64,000 bases of DNA from Rickettsiales bacterium (GTDB taxonomy: Bacteria > Pseudomonadota > Alphaproteobacteria > Rickettsiales > JAIXRX01). How positions within the stretch are numbered: the stretch's first letter is position 1; every line of letters starts with the position of its first letter. The notes beneath the pieces are model-generated. The model saw only the letters and a list, made by a program, of their open reading frames with translations. It did not search any database and was not told the DNA's origin. The position numbers and the translations under genes are program-made. The stretch lies in the NCBI GenBank assembly GCA_965247145.1, contig CBDFGH010000006.1, forward strand, positions 168,778 through 232,777, written 5' to 3'. Below are positions 8,931-17,065 of this stretch, piece after piece.

Positions 8931-10553
8931 CTAGCGGGCTTTTTTGACCGGTTTCGGATTGACCGGTTTTGGAGCGGCGTGCAGCAGGTGATAGACCACC
9001 GCATCCTGCAATGCGTTGAACGAAGCGTCGATGATGTTGGTGCTGACGCCAATGGTGTTGACGCGCCGCCCTGCCCCATCGCTGCTTTCGATGCGCACGC
9101 GGGTGAGGGCGCGGGTGGCGTCTTCCGGGGTGAGAATGCGAACTTTGTAATCGGTCAGTGTGAGGCTGGCCAAGGCCGGGTAATGCGATTCCAGCGCTTT
9201 GCGCAGCGCGCCGTCCAAGGCGTTCACCGGGCCGTTGCCTTCGGCCACCGTCATCACGCTTTCGCCCTTCACCCCCAGCTTCACGGTGGCTTCCGAAAGC
9301 GTCACCAGCTTGCCGCGCGCATTCCACCGGCGCTCATCCAGCGCGCGGAAATGCTGCACGGTGAAGTAATCCGGCACGAGGCCGAGTGTTTGGCGGGCGA
9401 GCAGCTCGAAGCTCGCATCCGCCTCTTCGTAGGCATAGCCCAGCGTTTCGCGCTCCTTCACCAGCCGCACGAGATCGGTGATGTGGTCGTTTTCGGCGAT
9501 GCCGGTCAGGCCCATCTGCTCCAGACGCGCCACGATATTGGCGCGGCCGGATTTGTCCGAGACCAGAATCACGCGATCGTTCCCCACGCTGGCGGGGAGA
9601 ATGTGTTCGTAGGAGCGGCTGTCCTTCGCCATGGCCGAGACATGCAGCCCGCCTTTGTGCGCGAAGGCCGCAGCCCCCACGTAGGCCGCATGCGCGTTCG
9701 GCAGGCGGTTCAACCGTTCGTCGAGCATCCGTGAAAGGCGCGTGATCTGCGGCAGGCGCGCGGGGTCGATGCCCGTTTGCATGTTCATTTTCAGCATAAG
9801 GGTGGGGATGATCGAGATGAGGTTGGCGTTGCCGCAGCGCTCGCCCACCCCGTTGATCGTGCCCTGCACCTGGCGCACGCCCGCGCGCACGGCGGCCAGG
9901 CTGTTGGCCACGCCATGCTCGGTGTCGTTGTGGCAATGGATGCCGAGTTTGGCGCCGGCAATGTGGCGGGCCACTTCGGCCACGATGCGTTCGATCTCAT
10001 GCGGCAGCGAGCCGCCGTTGGTGTCGCACAACACGATCCAGCGCGCGCCCGCTTCCGCCGCCGCGCGGGCGCATTCCAGCGCATATTCGGGGTTGGCTTT
10101 GTAGCCGTCGAAGAAATGTTCGGCGTCGAAGATCGCTTCGCGCTTTCTGGCTTTCAGCAGCGCGATGCTTTCGGTGATCATGCGCAGATTTTCGCGCTTG
10201 CTGATGCCGAGCGCCTTCTCCACCTGCCAGTCCCACGCTTTCCCCACGATGCAGATGCTGGGCGTACCCGCATCGAGCAAAGCCGCCAAGCCGGGATCGT
10301 TGTCCGCCGAGCGGCCATGGCGGCGGGTCATGCCGAAGGCGGTGAGTTTGGTTTTGCCCAAGGAAGGGCATTTCGCGAAGAACTGATCGTCGTTCGGGTT
10401 CGCCCCCGGCCAGCCGCCTTCCACATAATCGATCCCGAAATCGCGCAAAGCCGCGGCGATGGCCAGCTTGTCCGTCACCGTAAAATCCACCCCACGGGCT
10501 TGCGCGCCATCGCGGAGGGTGGAGTCGTAGAGATAGACGCGGTTGTCGGTCAT
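8931..10553 (-). CDS. cimA: citramalate synthase / LeuA-related synthase
   Basis: N-terminal LYDSTLRDGAQ and GGWPGANPNDDQFF motifs, typical of the CimA/LeuA-related branch; 540 aa with a C-terminal regulatory domain. Substrate cannot be fixed by eye. Confidence 0.85.
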   Translation of the reverse strand: MTDNRVYLYDSTLRDGAQARGVDFTVTDKLAIAAALRDFGIDYVEGGWPGANPNDDQFFAKCPSLGKTKLTAFGMTRRHGRSADNDPGLAALLDAGTPSICIVGKAWDWQVEKALGISKRENLRMITESIALLKARKREAIFDAEHFFDGYKANPEYALECARAAAEAGARWIVLCDTNGGSLPHEIERIVAEVARHIAGAKLGIHCHNDTEHGVANSLAAVRAGVRQVQGTINGVGERCGNANLISIIPTLMLKMNMQTGIDPARLPQITRLSRMLDERLNRLPNAHAAYVGAAAFAHKGGLHVSAMAKDSRSYEHILPASVGNDRVILVSDKSGRANIVARLEQMGLTGIAENDHITDLVRLVKERETLGYAYEEADASFELLARQTLGLVPDYFTVQHFRALDERRWNARGKLVTLSEATVKLGVKGESVMTVAEGNGPVNALDGALRKALESHYPALASLTLTDYKVRILTPEDATRALTRVRIESSDGAGRRVNTIGVSTNIIDASFNALQDAVVYHLLHAAPKPVNPKPVKKAR

Positions 10554-10564
10554 GGCACTCGCTC

Positions 10565-10676
10565 AAAGCCCTCTCCCTATGGGAGAGGGTTGGGTGAGGG
10601 TCTCTCCGCTCGTTCCGTCGCAAGTTGATGGACCCTCATCCTCCGCTTCGCTCCTCCTTCTCCCAAAGGGAGAAGG
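10565..10676. repeat. MITE-like structured intergenic element, copy 1
   Basis: Starts aaagccctctccctatgggagagggttgggtgagggtct, about 45 bp near-identical to 59745-59790. Contains hairpins ccctctccc-tat-gggagaggg and ccttctccc-aaa-gggagaagg, plus inverted gtgagggtc/gaccctcat. Confidence 0.75.
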
Positions 10677-10682
10677 CGTATT

Positions 10683-12350
10683 CTAAACCTTCAGCACCAG
10701 CACCTCGACCACCGGCTTCTTACCCAGTTCGTTGTTGCATACGCGGCGCACGGCTTGGCGGGCGGCTTCCTGCAAAGCGGGGGTGTTGACGTTGCGCTTC
10801 ATGTTTTCCACCGAATTGGTCACCGCTTCCACCAGCGCGTCGATCAGATCGGCGTCGGATTCGGAATCGAGGCTGCCGGGGGCGGTCACGCGCACATCGG
10901 CGGCGAGCTTCCAGTCTTCATCCACCGCGATGGCCACGAACACGCCGCCATCGTCGCGCAATTTGCGGCGGGTGCGCAGCACGGGGCTGTCGGTCGGAAG
11001 CAGGGTGATGCCGTCGATCGCGACATAGCCGCTGGCAACGGTGCCGATCTGGCGCGCACCTTTTTCGGCGTCGATCGTGATCGCCATGCCGTTTTTCATC
11101 TCGATGGCGAAGGGCACGCCTAAGGAACGGGCGAGCTTGGTATGCTCGTGCAAATGGCGGGGTTCGCCATGGACTGGGATGGAAATGCGCGGTTTCATCA
11201 TCTCATACATGCGGATCAGTTCGTCGCGCGCCGGGTGGCCGGAGACGTGCACGTCCAGATCCTTGTCCGTCATCACCTCGATGCCCATCTGCACCAGATG
11301 ATTGTGCGTATAGCTGATCTTCGATTCGTTCCCCGGGATTTTCCGCGAGGAGAAGATGACCGTATCGCCCGCGCTCAGGCGGATGGAATGATGCTCGCCG
11401 CGCGCGATTTTCGAAAGTGCGGCGCGTGCTTCGCCCTGGCAACCGGTGCAGAGGATGAGGATTTTATCTTTGGCGACATTCATCGCTTCCTTGTCATTCA
11501 ACGGCAGCTTGATGCCTTTGAGATAGCCCGCTTCTTTGGCGGCTTCATAGACGCGCCAGAGCGAGCGCCCGGCCATGACCACGCTGCGGCCCGCCGCTTC
11601 GGCGGCCACAAAGGCGGATTCGACGCGGGCGAGATTGGAGGCGAAGGTGGTGATGACGACGCGGTTGGGCGGGCAGGCTTTCACCGCCTCGATCATCCGC
11701 TCGCGCACACCGGATTCGGAACCGGATTCGCCGGGCACGAAAACGTTGGTCGAATCGCAGACGATGGCCATCACGCCTTCGTCCCCGTAGCGCTTCAATT
11801 TTTCCATATCGCAGGCCGGGCCGATCTGCGGCGCGTCGTCGAATTTCCAGTCCCCCGTATGGAAGATCACGCCCTTGTCGGTGCGGATGGCGAGGGCCTG
11901 CATTTCGGGAATGGAGTGGGTGAGTTCGACCATTTCGATCTCGAACGGCCCGAGGCTGATCTTGCCGCCGTTTTTCACTTCCTTCACATCCACCCGCCCG
12001 CGCATGCCTTCTTCGGCCAGCTTCAGCTTCAGCAGCGACCCGGTGAAAGGCGTGGCATAGACCGGCACATTGATTTCGTCCCACAAATAAGGAATGCCGC
12101 CGAAGTGATCTTCATGCGCATGCGTCAGCACGATACCGAGAATTTTGCCCTTGATCTCCTGCAGGAAGGAAATATCCGGCACGGTGACATCGACGCCGGG
12201 AAGGAATTCATCGGCGAAACCGATGCCCACATCCACGATGATCCATTGATCTTTGTAGCCGTAGAGATTGAGGTTCATCCCGATCTCGTTCGAACCGCCG
12301 AGCGGAATGAAAACGATCTGGTTGGCGGTGTCTTTGAAATTCAGGGCCAT
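10683..12350 (-). CDS. rnj: ribonuclease J
   Basis: Metallo-beta-lactamase motif LTHAHEDHFGG with a beta-CASP-like body; 555 aa from ATG 12350 (MALNFKD...). The ORF-track N-terminal extension reads through hairpin repeats. Confidence 0.9.
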   Translation of the reverse strand: MALNFKDTANQIVFIPLGGSNEIGMNLNLYGYKDQWIIVDVGIGFADEFLPGVDVTVPDISFLQEIKGKILGIVLTHAHEDHFGGIPYLWDEINVPVYATPFTGSLLKLKLAEEGMRGRVDVKEVKNGGKISLGPFEIEMVELTHSIPEMQALAIRTDKGVIFHTGDWKFDDAPQIGPACDMEKLKRYGDEGVMAIVCDSTNVFVPGESGSESGVRERMIEAVKACPPNRVVITTFASNLARVESAFVAAEAAGRSVVMAGRSLWRVYEAAKEAGYLKGIKLPLNDKEAMNVAKDKILILCTGCQGEARAALSKIARGEHHSIRLSAGDTVIFSSRKIPGNESKISYTHNHLVQMGIEVMTDKDLDVHVSGHPARDELIRMYEMMKPRISIPVHGEPRHLHEHTKLARSLGVPFAIEMKNGMAITIDAEKGARQIGTVASGYVAIDGITLLPTDSPVLRTRRKLRDDGGVFVAIAVDEDWKLAADVRVTAPGSLDSESDADLIDALVEAVTNSVENMKRNVNTPALQEAARQAVRRVCNNELGKKPVVEVLVLKV

Positions 12351-12384
12351 GGGGTTTTGGTGCTTTCGGACAACCCCCTCCCTT

Positions 12385-12472
12385 GTCATCCCGGCCTTGT
12401 GCCGGGATCTGGTGGTTGACCTGCGAGAGCAGCGCATCAGCACACCGGATCCCGGCAAAAGGCCGGGATGAC
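12385..12472. repeat. GTCATCC...GGATGAC hairpin-pair element
   Basis: gtcatcccggc-cttgt-gccgggatc ... ggatcccggc-aaaag-gccgggatgac: two 8-bp-stem hairpins whose outer ends are mutually inverted. Confidence 0.8.
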
Positions 12473-12501
12473 GAAGAAAGAGGAATTTAGTCGGGTTAAA
12501 G

Positions 12502-13272
12502 TTAGCGTTCGTTGCGTGTATAGATAAGGCGTAGACCGGCAATGGTCAAATCCGGATCCTGGGCTTGGATGGTTGCGGTGCCGCTGGCGAAGAGCGGGGC
12601 GAGGCCGCCGGTGGCGGTTACGCGCATTTCGGCCCCGTATTCGGCGCGGATCCGCGCCACAAGTCCTTCGATTGCCCCGATATATCCCCAAAAGATGCCG
12701 GATTGCATCGCCTCCTCGGTATTCCGCCCGATGACGCGCGCCGGGCGCGCGATCGCCACGTTCGGCAGCTTGGCCGCGGCGCGGTGCAGGGCTTCCATGG
12801 AAAGATTAATGCCGGGCGCAATGGCGCCGCCGATGTAATGGCCCTGCGCGTTCACCGCATCGAACGTGGTCGCAGTGCCGAAATCGAGGATGATCAGCGC
12901 TTCGCCATATTTCTCCCAGGCCGCCACCGCATTCACCAGACGGTCCGCCCCGATTTCGCCCGGGCGGTCGATATCCACCTTCATGCCGATCTGCACATTC
13001 GGCTCGCCCACTACCAAGGCTTCCGTGCTGAAATAATGGCGGAACAGCATGCGCAGCGCGAATAGCGCCTGCGGCACCACGGTGGCGACGATGCCCGCTT
13101 TCACTTGCGCGAAATCCAAACCGCGCAATTGCATCAGGCTGCGCAGCCACACGGCATATTCATCCGCCGTGCGTTTGGCGTCCGTGCTCATGCGCCACTG
13201 CGCGACCAGAACATCGCCCTCATAGGCAGCAAAAACCGTATTGGTATTCCCTGCATCCACCGCGAGCAGCAT
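12502..13272 (-). CDS. coaX: type III pantothenate kinase
   Basis: MLLAVDAGNTNTVFA N-terminus; 256 aa in the conserved birA-coaX-rnj context. Confidence 0.93.
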   Translation of the reverse strand: MLLAVDAGNTNTVFAAYEGDVLVAQWRMSTDAKRTADEYAVWLRSLMQLRGLDFAQVKAGIVATVVPQALFALRMLFRHYFSTEALVVGEPNVQIGMKVDIDRPGEIGADRLVNAVAAWEKYGEALIILDFGTATTFDAVNAQGHYIGGAIAPGINLSMEALHRAAAKLPNVAIARPARVIGRNTEEAMQSGIFWGYIGAIEGLVARIRAEYGAEMRVTATGGLAPLFASGTATIQAQDPDLTIAGLRLIYTRNER

Positions 13273-13278
13273 GGGAAT

Positions 13279-14088
13279 CTACGCGGGCACGGGGGTGGAT
13301 TCGATGAACACATCCCCCGCCGTGATCAGGCGTTCCTTGCCCTCTTCCGGCTTCAGGCGGCAAGCGCCCGTCTCGTCGAGTCCTTGAAAAATGCCGGTGA
13401 TGGTTTCGTTCATCAGGCGCGCGCGCATCGGCGTGCCTTTGGGGTGGGCGAGTTTCAACCAATCCGCGCGGATGGGTTTGAAACCTTTGGTGCACCAGGC
13501 GTCGTAGCGCTGCATGAAATGGTGGATGAAGCGGCTGAGCACGATCTTCGCGCTGACGATCTCCACCCCGGCGGCTTTCAGATGCGTGGCAAGCATTTCG
13601 CCCTCGGCGATCTCGGATGCATGCGGGCAGTTTTCGATATTGATGCCGACGCCGACCACGATCCAGCTCTTGGCGGGCTGGCCGTCTTTGGCCGGGGTGG
13701 TGAAGGCTTCGAGCAGAATGCCGCCGAGCTTCTTGCCGTTCAGCATCAGATCATTCGGCCATTTCACTTTCAGATCTTCCTCTTGCGGCAACAAGGGCTG
13801 CACCGCATCCGCTGCGGCCAGCACGGCGGCGAAAGAAAGCTGCGGCCAATCCGCTTGTGCGGCGGTGGGGCAGAGCAGCAGAGAGACGAAGAGATTGCCA
13901 TCATGCGAAATCCATTGGCGGCCCATGCGGCCTTTGCCCGCATCCTGGCGCTTGGCCCAGATCACCGCACCATGGCCGCCCCCGCCGATGGCGAGGCGCT
14001 TGGCTTCTTCGTTCGTGCTGTCGAGCGACTCGTAGGAAAGCAGATGATAGCTCTCGAGCAGCGGCGTGGGTTTGGGTTGGGGAATCAC
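13279..14088 (-). CDS. birA: biotin--[acetyl-CoA-carboxylase] ligase
   Basis: GKGRMGRQW...GNL motif; 269 aa (no N-terminal HTH). Immediately downstream of nuoN, as in many alphaproteobacteria. Confidence 0.9.
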   Translation of the reverse strand: MIPQPKPTPLLESYHLLSYESLDSTNEEAKRLAIGGGGHGAVIWAKRQDAGKGRMGRQWISHDGNLFVSLLLCPTAAQADWPQLSFAAVLAAADAVQPLLPQEEDLKVKWPNDLMLNGKKLGGILLEAFTTPAKDGQPAKSWIVVGVGINIENCPHASEIAEGEMLATHLKAAGVEIVSAKIVLSRFIHHFMQRYDAWCTKGFKPIRADWLKLAHPKGTPMRARLMNETITGIFQGLDETGACRLKPEEGKERLITAGDVFIESTPVPA

Positions 14089-14100
14089 GCCGCGCCTCCC

Positions 14101-15573
14101 CTAGCTTGCGAAGGCCAGCGCGGCCCGGTGCGCAACGGAGAGCAACGGCGCGGGCAGCAGCAGGAAGAACAAGGTCACGATCAGGCAGACCAACACCACG
14201 AAGCGCGAAAGCAACGGCAGCCCGACATCGAAGGCGGCACTCGGCTCATCGAAATACATGATCTTGATGATCTTCAGATAATAGAAGCAGGAAACCACGC
14301 TGGCCAGCACGCCGATGACGGCCAACCCGATCATGCCGCTCTGGATGGCGGCGAGGAAAACGTAGAACTTCCCGAAGAACCCGGCCAGCGGTGGAATGCC
14401 CGCCATGGAAAGCAGGAAGGACGCCATGGCGAAGGCCATCAGTGGATGGGTGCGCGAGAGCCCGGCGAGCTCGGCCGTGTGTTCCACCGGCTCCTCGCGG
14501 CGTGTGAGCAGCAGCACCACACCGAACGCGCCGATGTTGGAAGCGGCATAGATCACCAGATAGATGAACACCGAACTGATCGCCGCCTGCCCGCCCGCAG
14601 CCAAGCCCACCAGCATGAAACCGACATGGCCGATGGAGGAATAGGCCAGCAGGCGTTTCAGCTGCGTCTGCGTAATCGCGCCCCAGGCCCCGACCAGCAT
14701 CGACCCCACCGCCACCAGCACCACGATGCCCTGCCAGAAACCAGGCGCAGCGGCGAAGGGACCGGCAAGCAAGGTGGTCAGCGCCAGCACGGCGGCGATT
14801 TTCGGCGCGGCGGCAAACAGCGAGGTGACCACGGTGGGCGTGCCGCTATAGACATCCGGCGTCCACATATGGAAAGGCACGGCGGAGATTTTGAAGAACA
14901 GACCGACCAGCACCAGCACGAGGCCGAGCAGGAAGGCGAGCTGTTCGGAAGGCACGGTGCCCTGCCCCGGCTTCAAGGCTTCGAGCAGATGCCCGACCGC
15001 GGCATAATCCACGCTGCCGGTGGTGCCGTAGATCAACGAAATGCCGAAGAGCATGAGGCAGGAAGACAGCGAGCCGAGCACGAAATATTTGATGCCCGCC
15101 TCGGAGGATTGCCCGTCATCGCGGCGGATGGCGGCAAGCACGTAGAGCGCCAGGCTTGAAAGCTCGAGCGACATATAGAGCATGAGGAAGCTGGATGCTG
15201 AAATCAGCAGCATCAGGCCCAGGGCGGAGAAGAGCGACAGCACCACGAATTCGTTCGGCGCATCCGGGTGTGAAAGCAGCCAGGGCCGCGCCTGCATCAG
15301 CACCAGCGCGCTGGAAAGCAGCAGCAGGGCCTTGCCATATTGGGTGAAGTCGGAGAGATGCAGCAAACCGTGGAAGGGCGAAGTGTTCACGGGCGTCACC
15401 AGGCTGCACACGCCCGCCGCATAAAGCAGCACCAGCACGGCCAGGGCATGCACCGTATTCTTGCGCGCACCGAAAGCCACGCCCATCAGCAGCACCAAGC
15501 CCGAAAGCGCCAGCAGCATTTCGGGCGCGATGGCGCGCAGATCCAACCAATCGAATATCAAAGCATTGCCCAT
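14101..15573 (-). CDS. nuoN: NADH-quinone oxidoreductase subunit N
   Basis: Polytopic antiporter-like subunit and last nuo gene. ATG 15573 follows a GGGGGG-type SD and sits 1 nt after the nuoM stop; the ORF-track start is 15591. Confidence 0.93.
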   Translation of the reverse strand: MGNALIFDWLDLRAIAPEMLLALSGLVLLMGVAFGARKNTVHALAVLVLLYAAGVCSLVTPVNTSPFHGLLHLSDFTQYGKALLLLSSALVLMQARPWLLSHPDAPNEFVVLSLFSALGLMLLISASSFLMLYMSLELSSLALYVLAAIRRDDGQSSEAGIKYFVLGSLSSCLMLFGISLIYGTTGSVDYAAVGHLLEALKPGQGTVPSEQLAFLLGLVLVLVGLFFKISAVPFHMWTPDVYSGTPTVVTSLFAAAPKIAAVLALTTLLAGPFAAAPGFWQGIVVLVAVGSMLVGAWGAITQTQLKRLLAYSSIGHVGFMLVGLAAGGQAAISSVFIYLVIYAASNIGAFGVVLLLTRREEPVEHTAELAGLSRTHPLMAFAMASFLLSMAGIPPLAGFFGKFYVFLAAIQSGMIGLAVIGVLASVVSCFYYLKIIKIMYFDEPSAAFDVGLPLLSRFVVLVCLIVTLFFLLLPAPLLSVAHRAALAFAS

Positions 15574-15574
15574 A

Positions 15575-17065
15575 TTATTCCCCCCGCCCATGCGGCGGAA
15601 TCAGGTGATGCACCGGCTCAAGCAGGCTCTGCACGGCGGGCGCGATGCCGTCGAAAACCGGTTTCGGATAGATGCCGAGCGCCAGCGTGAGCAGCACCAG
15701 CGGCACGAAGATCAGCATCTCGCGACGGTTCACATCCACCATCGCCTTCAAATCCACCCGCACCAATTCGCCGAACACCACGCGGCGATAGAGCCACAAA
15801 GCGTAAGCCGCGCCCAGCACCATACCGGTGGCGATCAGCAATGCCACGGTGGTGTTTGCCTGAAAGGTTCCGGCGATCACCAGGAATTCGCCCACGAAGC
15901 CGCTGGTGCCGGGCAGGCCCGCGGAGGCCATGGTAAAGAACAGAAAGAGCACCGCATATTTCGGCATCACGCTCACCAGCCCGCCATAGCGCACGATTTC
16001 GCGGGTGTGCAGGCGGTCATAGACCACGCCGACGCAGAGGAAGAGCGCGCCGGAAACCAGCCCGTGGCTGATCATCTGAATCACCGCGCCTTCGACACCC
16101 TGCTGGCTGAAGGAGAAAATACCGGCGGTGACGAAACCCATATGCGCCACGGAAGAATAGGCGATCAGCTTCTTCATGTCCTCCTGCACCAGTGCAATCA
16201 AGGAGGTGACGATGACGGCGACGACGCTGAGCGCGAAGACCAGCCAGGCCAGATCGATCGAGGCTTGCGGCAGCATGGGCAGGCTGAAACGCAGGAAACC
16301 GTATGCGCCCATCTTCAACAGAATCCCCGCCAGAATCACCGAACCGGCGGTGGGCGCCTGCACGTGCGCATCCGGCAGCCAGGTATGGAACGGCCACATC
16401 GGCACCTTCACCGCGAAGGAAGCGAACAGGCCGAACCAGAGCAGGCGCTGAATATGCAGCGGCAGACTGGGCGCGCGTTCGGTGATGGTCGGAATGTCGG
16501 TCGTGCCGAAGGCCATGTAGAAATACAGCACGACGATCAGCAGCAACACAGAACCGGCGAGCGTATAGAGGAAGAATTTATAGGAGGCATAAACGCGATT
16601 ATCCCCGCCCCAGATGCCGATGATGAGGAACATCGGGATCAGCATGCCTTCGAAGAACAGATAGAACAGCACCATATCCAGCGAGCAGAAGACGCCGATG
16701 ACCATGGCTTCCAGCGCCAGGAAGGCGATCATGTATTCGCGCACGCGCTTCTGCACGGAGGTCCAGCTGCAGAGGATGCAGATCGGCATCAGAAGCGTGG
16801 TGAGCAGAATTAGGAACAGCGCCAGCCCGTCGATCCCCAGATGGTAGCGGATGGCTTCGCCGCCGAACCATGCGTGGTTCTCCAGGAACTGGTAACCCGC
16901 TGTGCCATTGTCGAACCCGCTCCACATCAACAGCGAGGCGGCGAAGGTGACGAGCGTGGTGCCGAGCGCGATCCAGCGCGCGGCACAATCATTGCGGCCG
17001 AAAAGCATGATGAGCGCGATGCCGAGGACCGGCAAGGCGAGCAAGGTGGAGAGCAGATACGGCAT
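15575..17065 (-). CDS. nuoM: NADH-quinone oxidoreductase subunit M
   Basis: Antiporter-like subunit starting MPYLLSTLLALPVLG (TAATG overlap with the nuoL stop; alternative ATG 17071). The ORF-track extension to 17329 overlaps nuoL. Confidence 0.93.
   Translation of the reverse strand: MPYLLSTLLALPVLGIALIMLFGRNDCAARWIALGTTLVTFAASLLMWSGFDNGTAGYQFLENHAWFGGEAIRYHLGIDGLALFLILLTTLLMPICILCSWTSVQKRVREYMIAFLALEAMVIGVFCSLDMVLFYLFFEGMLIPMFLIIGIWGGDNRVYASYKFFLYTLAGSVLLLIVVLYFYMAFGTTDIPTITERAPSLPLHIQRLLWFGLFASFAVKVPMWPFHTWLPDAHVQAPTAGSVILAGILLKMGAYGFLRFSLPMLPQASIDLAWLVFALSVVAVIVTSLIALVQEDMKKLIAYSSVAHMGFVTAGIFSFSQQGVEGAVIQMISHGLVSGALFLCVGVVYDRLHTREIVRYGGLVSVMPKYAVLFLFFTMASAGLPGTSGFVGEFLVIAGTFQANTTVALLIATGMVLGAAYALWLYRRVVFGELVRVDLKAMVDVNRREMLIFVPLVLLTLALGIYPKPVFDGIAPAVQSLLEPVHHLIPPHGRGE

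Noticed and set aside
7892-9079. N-terminal extensions of ORF-track ORFs. Examples: 7892-9079, 8617-9327, 10683-12542, 15575-17329, 20553-21146, 25458-26816, 26743-27828, 27624-28661, 29425-30006, 30936-31760, 33764-34429, 36563-37246, 37922-39310, 40225-41064, 42739-43818.
   Set aside because: The extensions overlap the upstream gene out of frame or translate hairpin repeats. Internal starts restore canonical protein N-termini and typical 1-4-nt coupling overlaps, so the CDSs were trimmed.
11142-12419. 425-aa plus-strand ORF opposite rnj. Similar long antisense ORFs include 15461-16813, 17149-18264, 18340-19086, 21255-22262, 22250-23317, 23519-24334, 25476-26882, 28886-29464, 34595-35503, 36978-37844, 37967-38944, 41876-42808, 54818-55921 and 59873-61381.
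   Set aside because: All lie opposite genes with clear family motifs (nuo, sdhA, fol, pab, virB4, rsh). Their compositions are Arg/His/Gly/Ala-biased, so I treat them as GC-driven shadow ORFs.
13105-15159. 684-aa plus-strand ORF (the longest such ORF in the track) covering birA and nuoN
   Set aside because: It is antisense to two well-recognised genes. The product is a His/Arg/Gln/Gly/Glu-rich low-complexity string typical of stop-free antisense frames in GC-rich DNA, and I recognise no motif.
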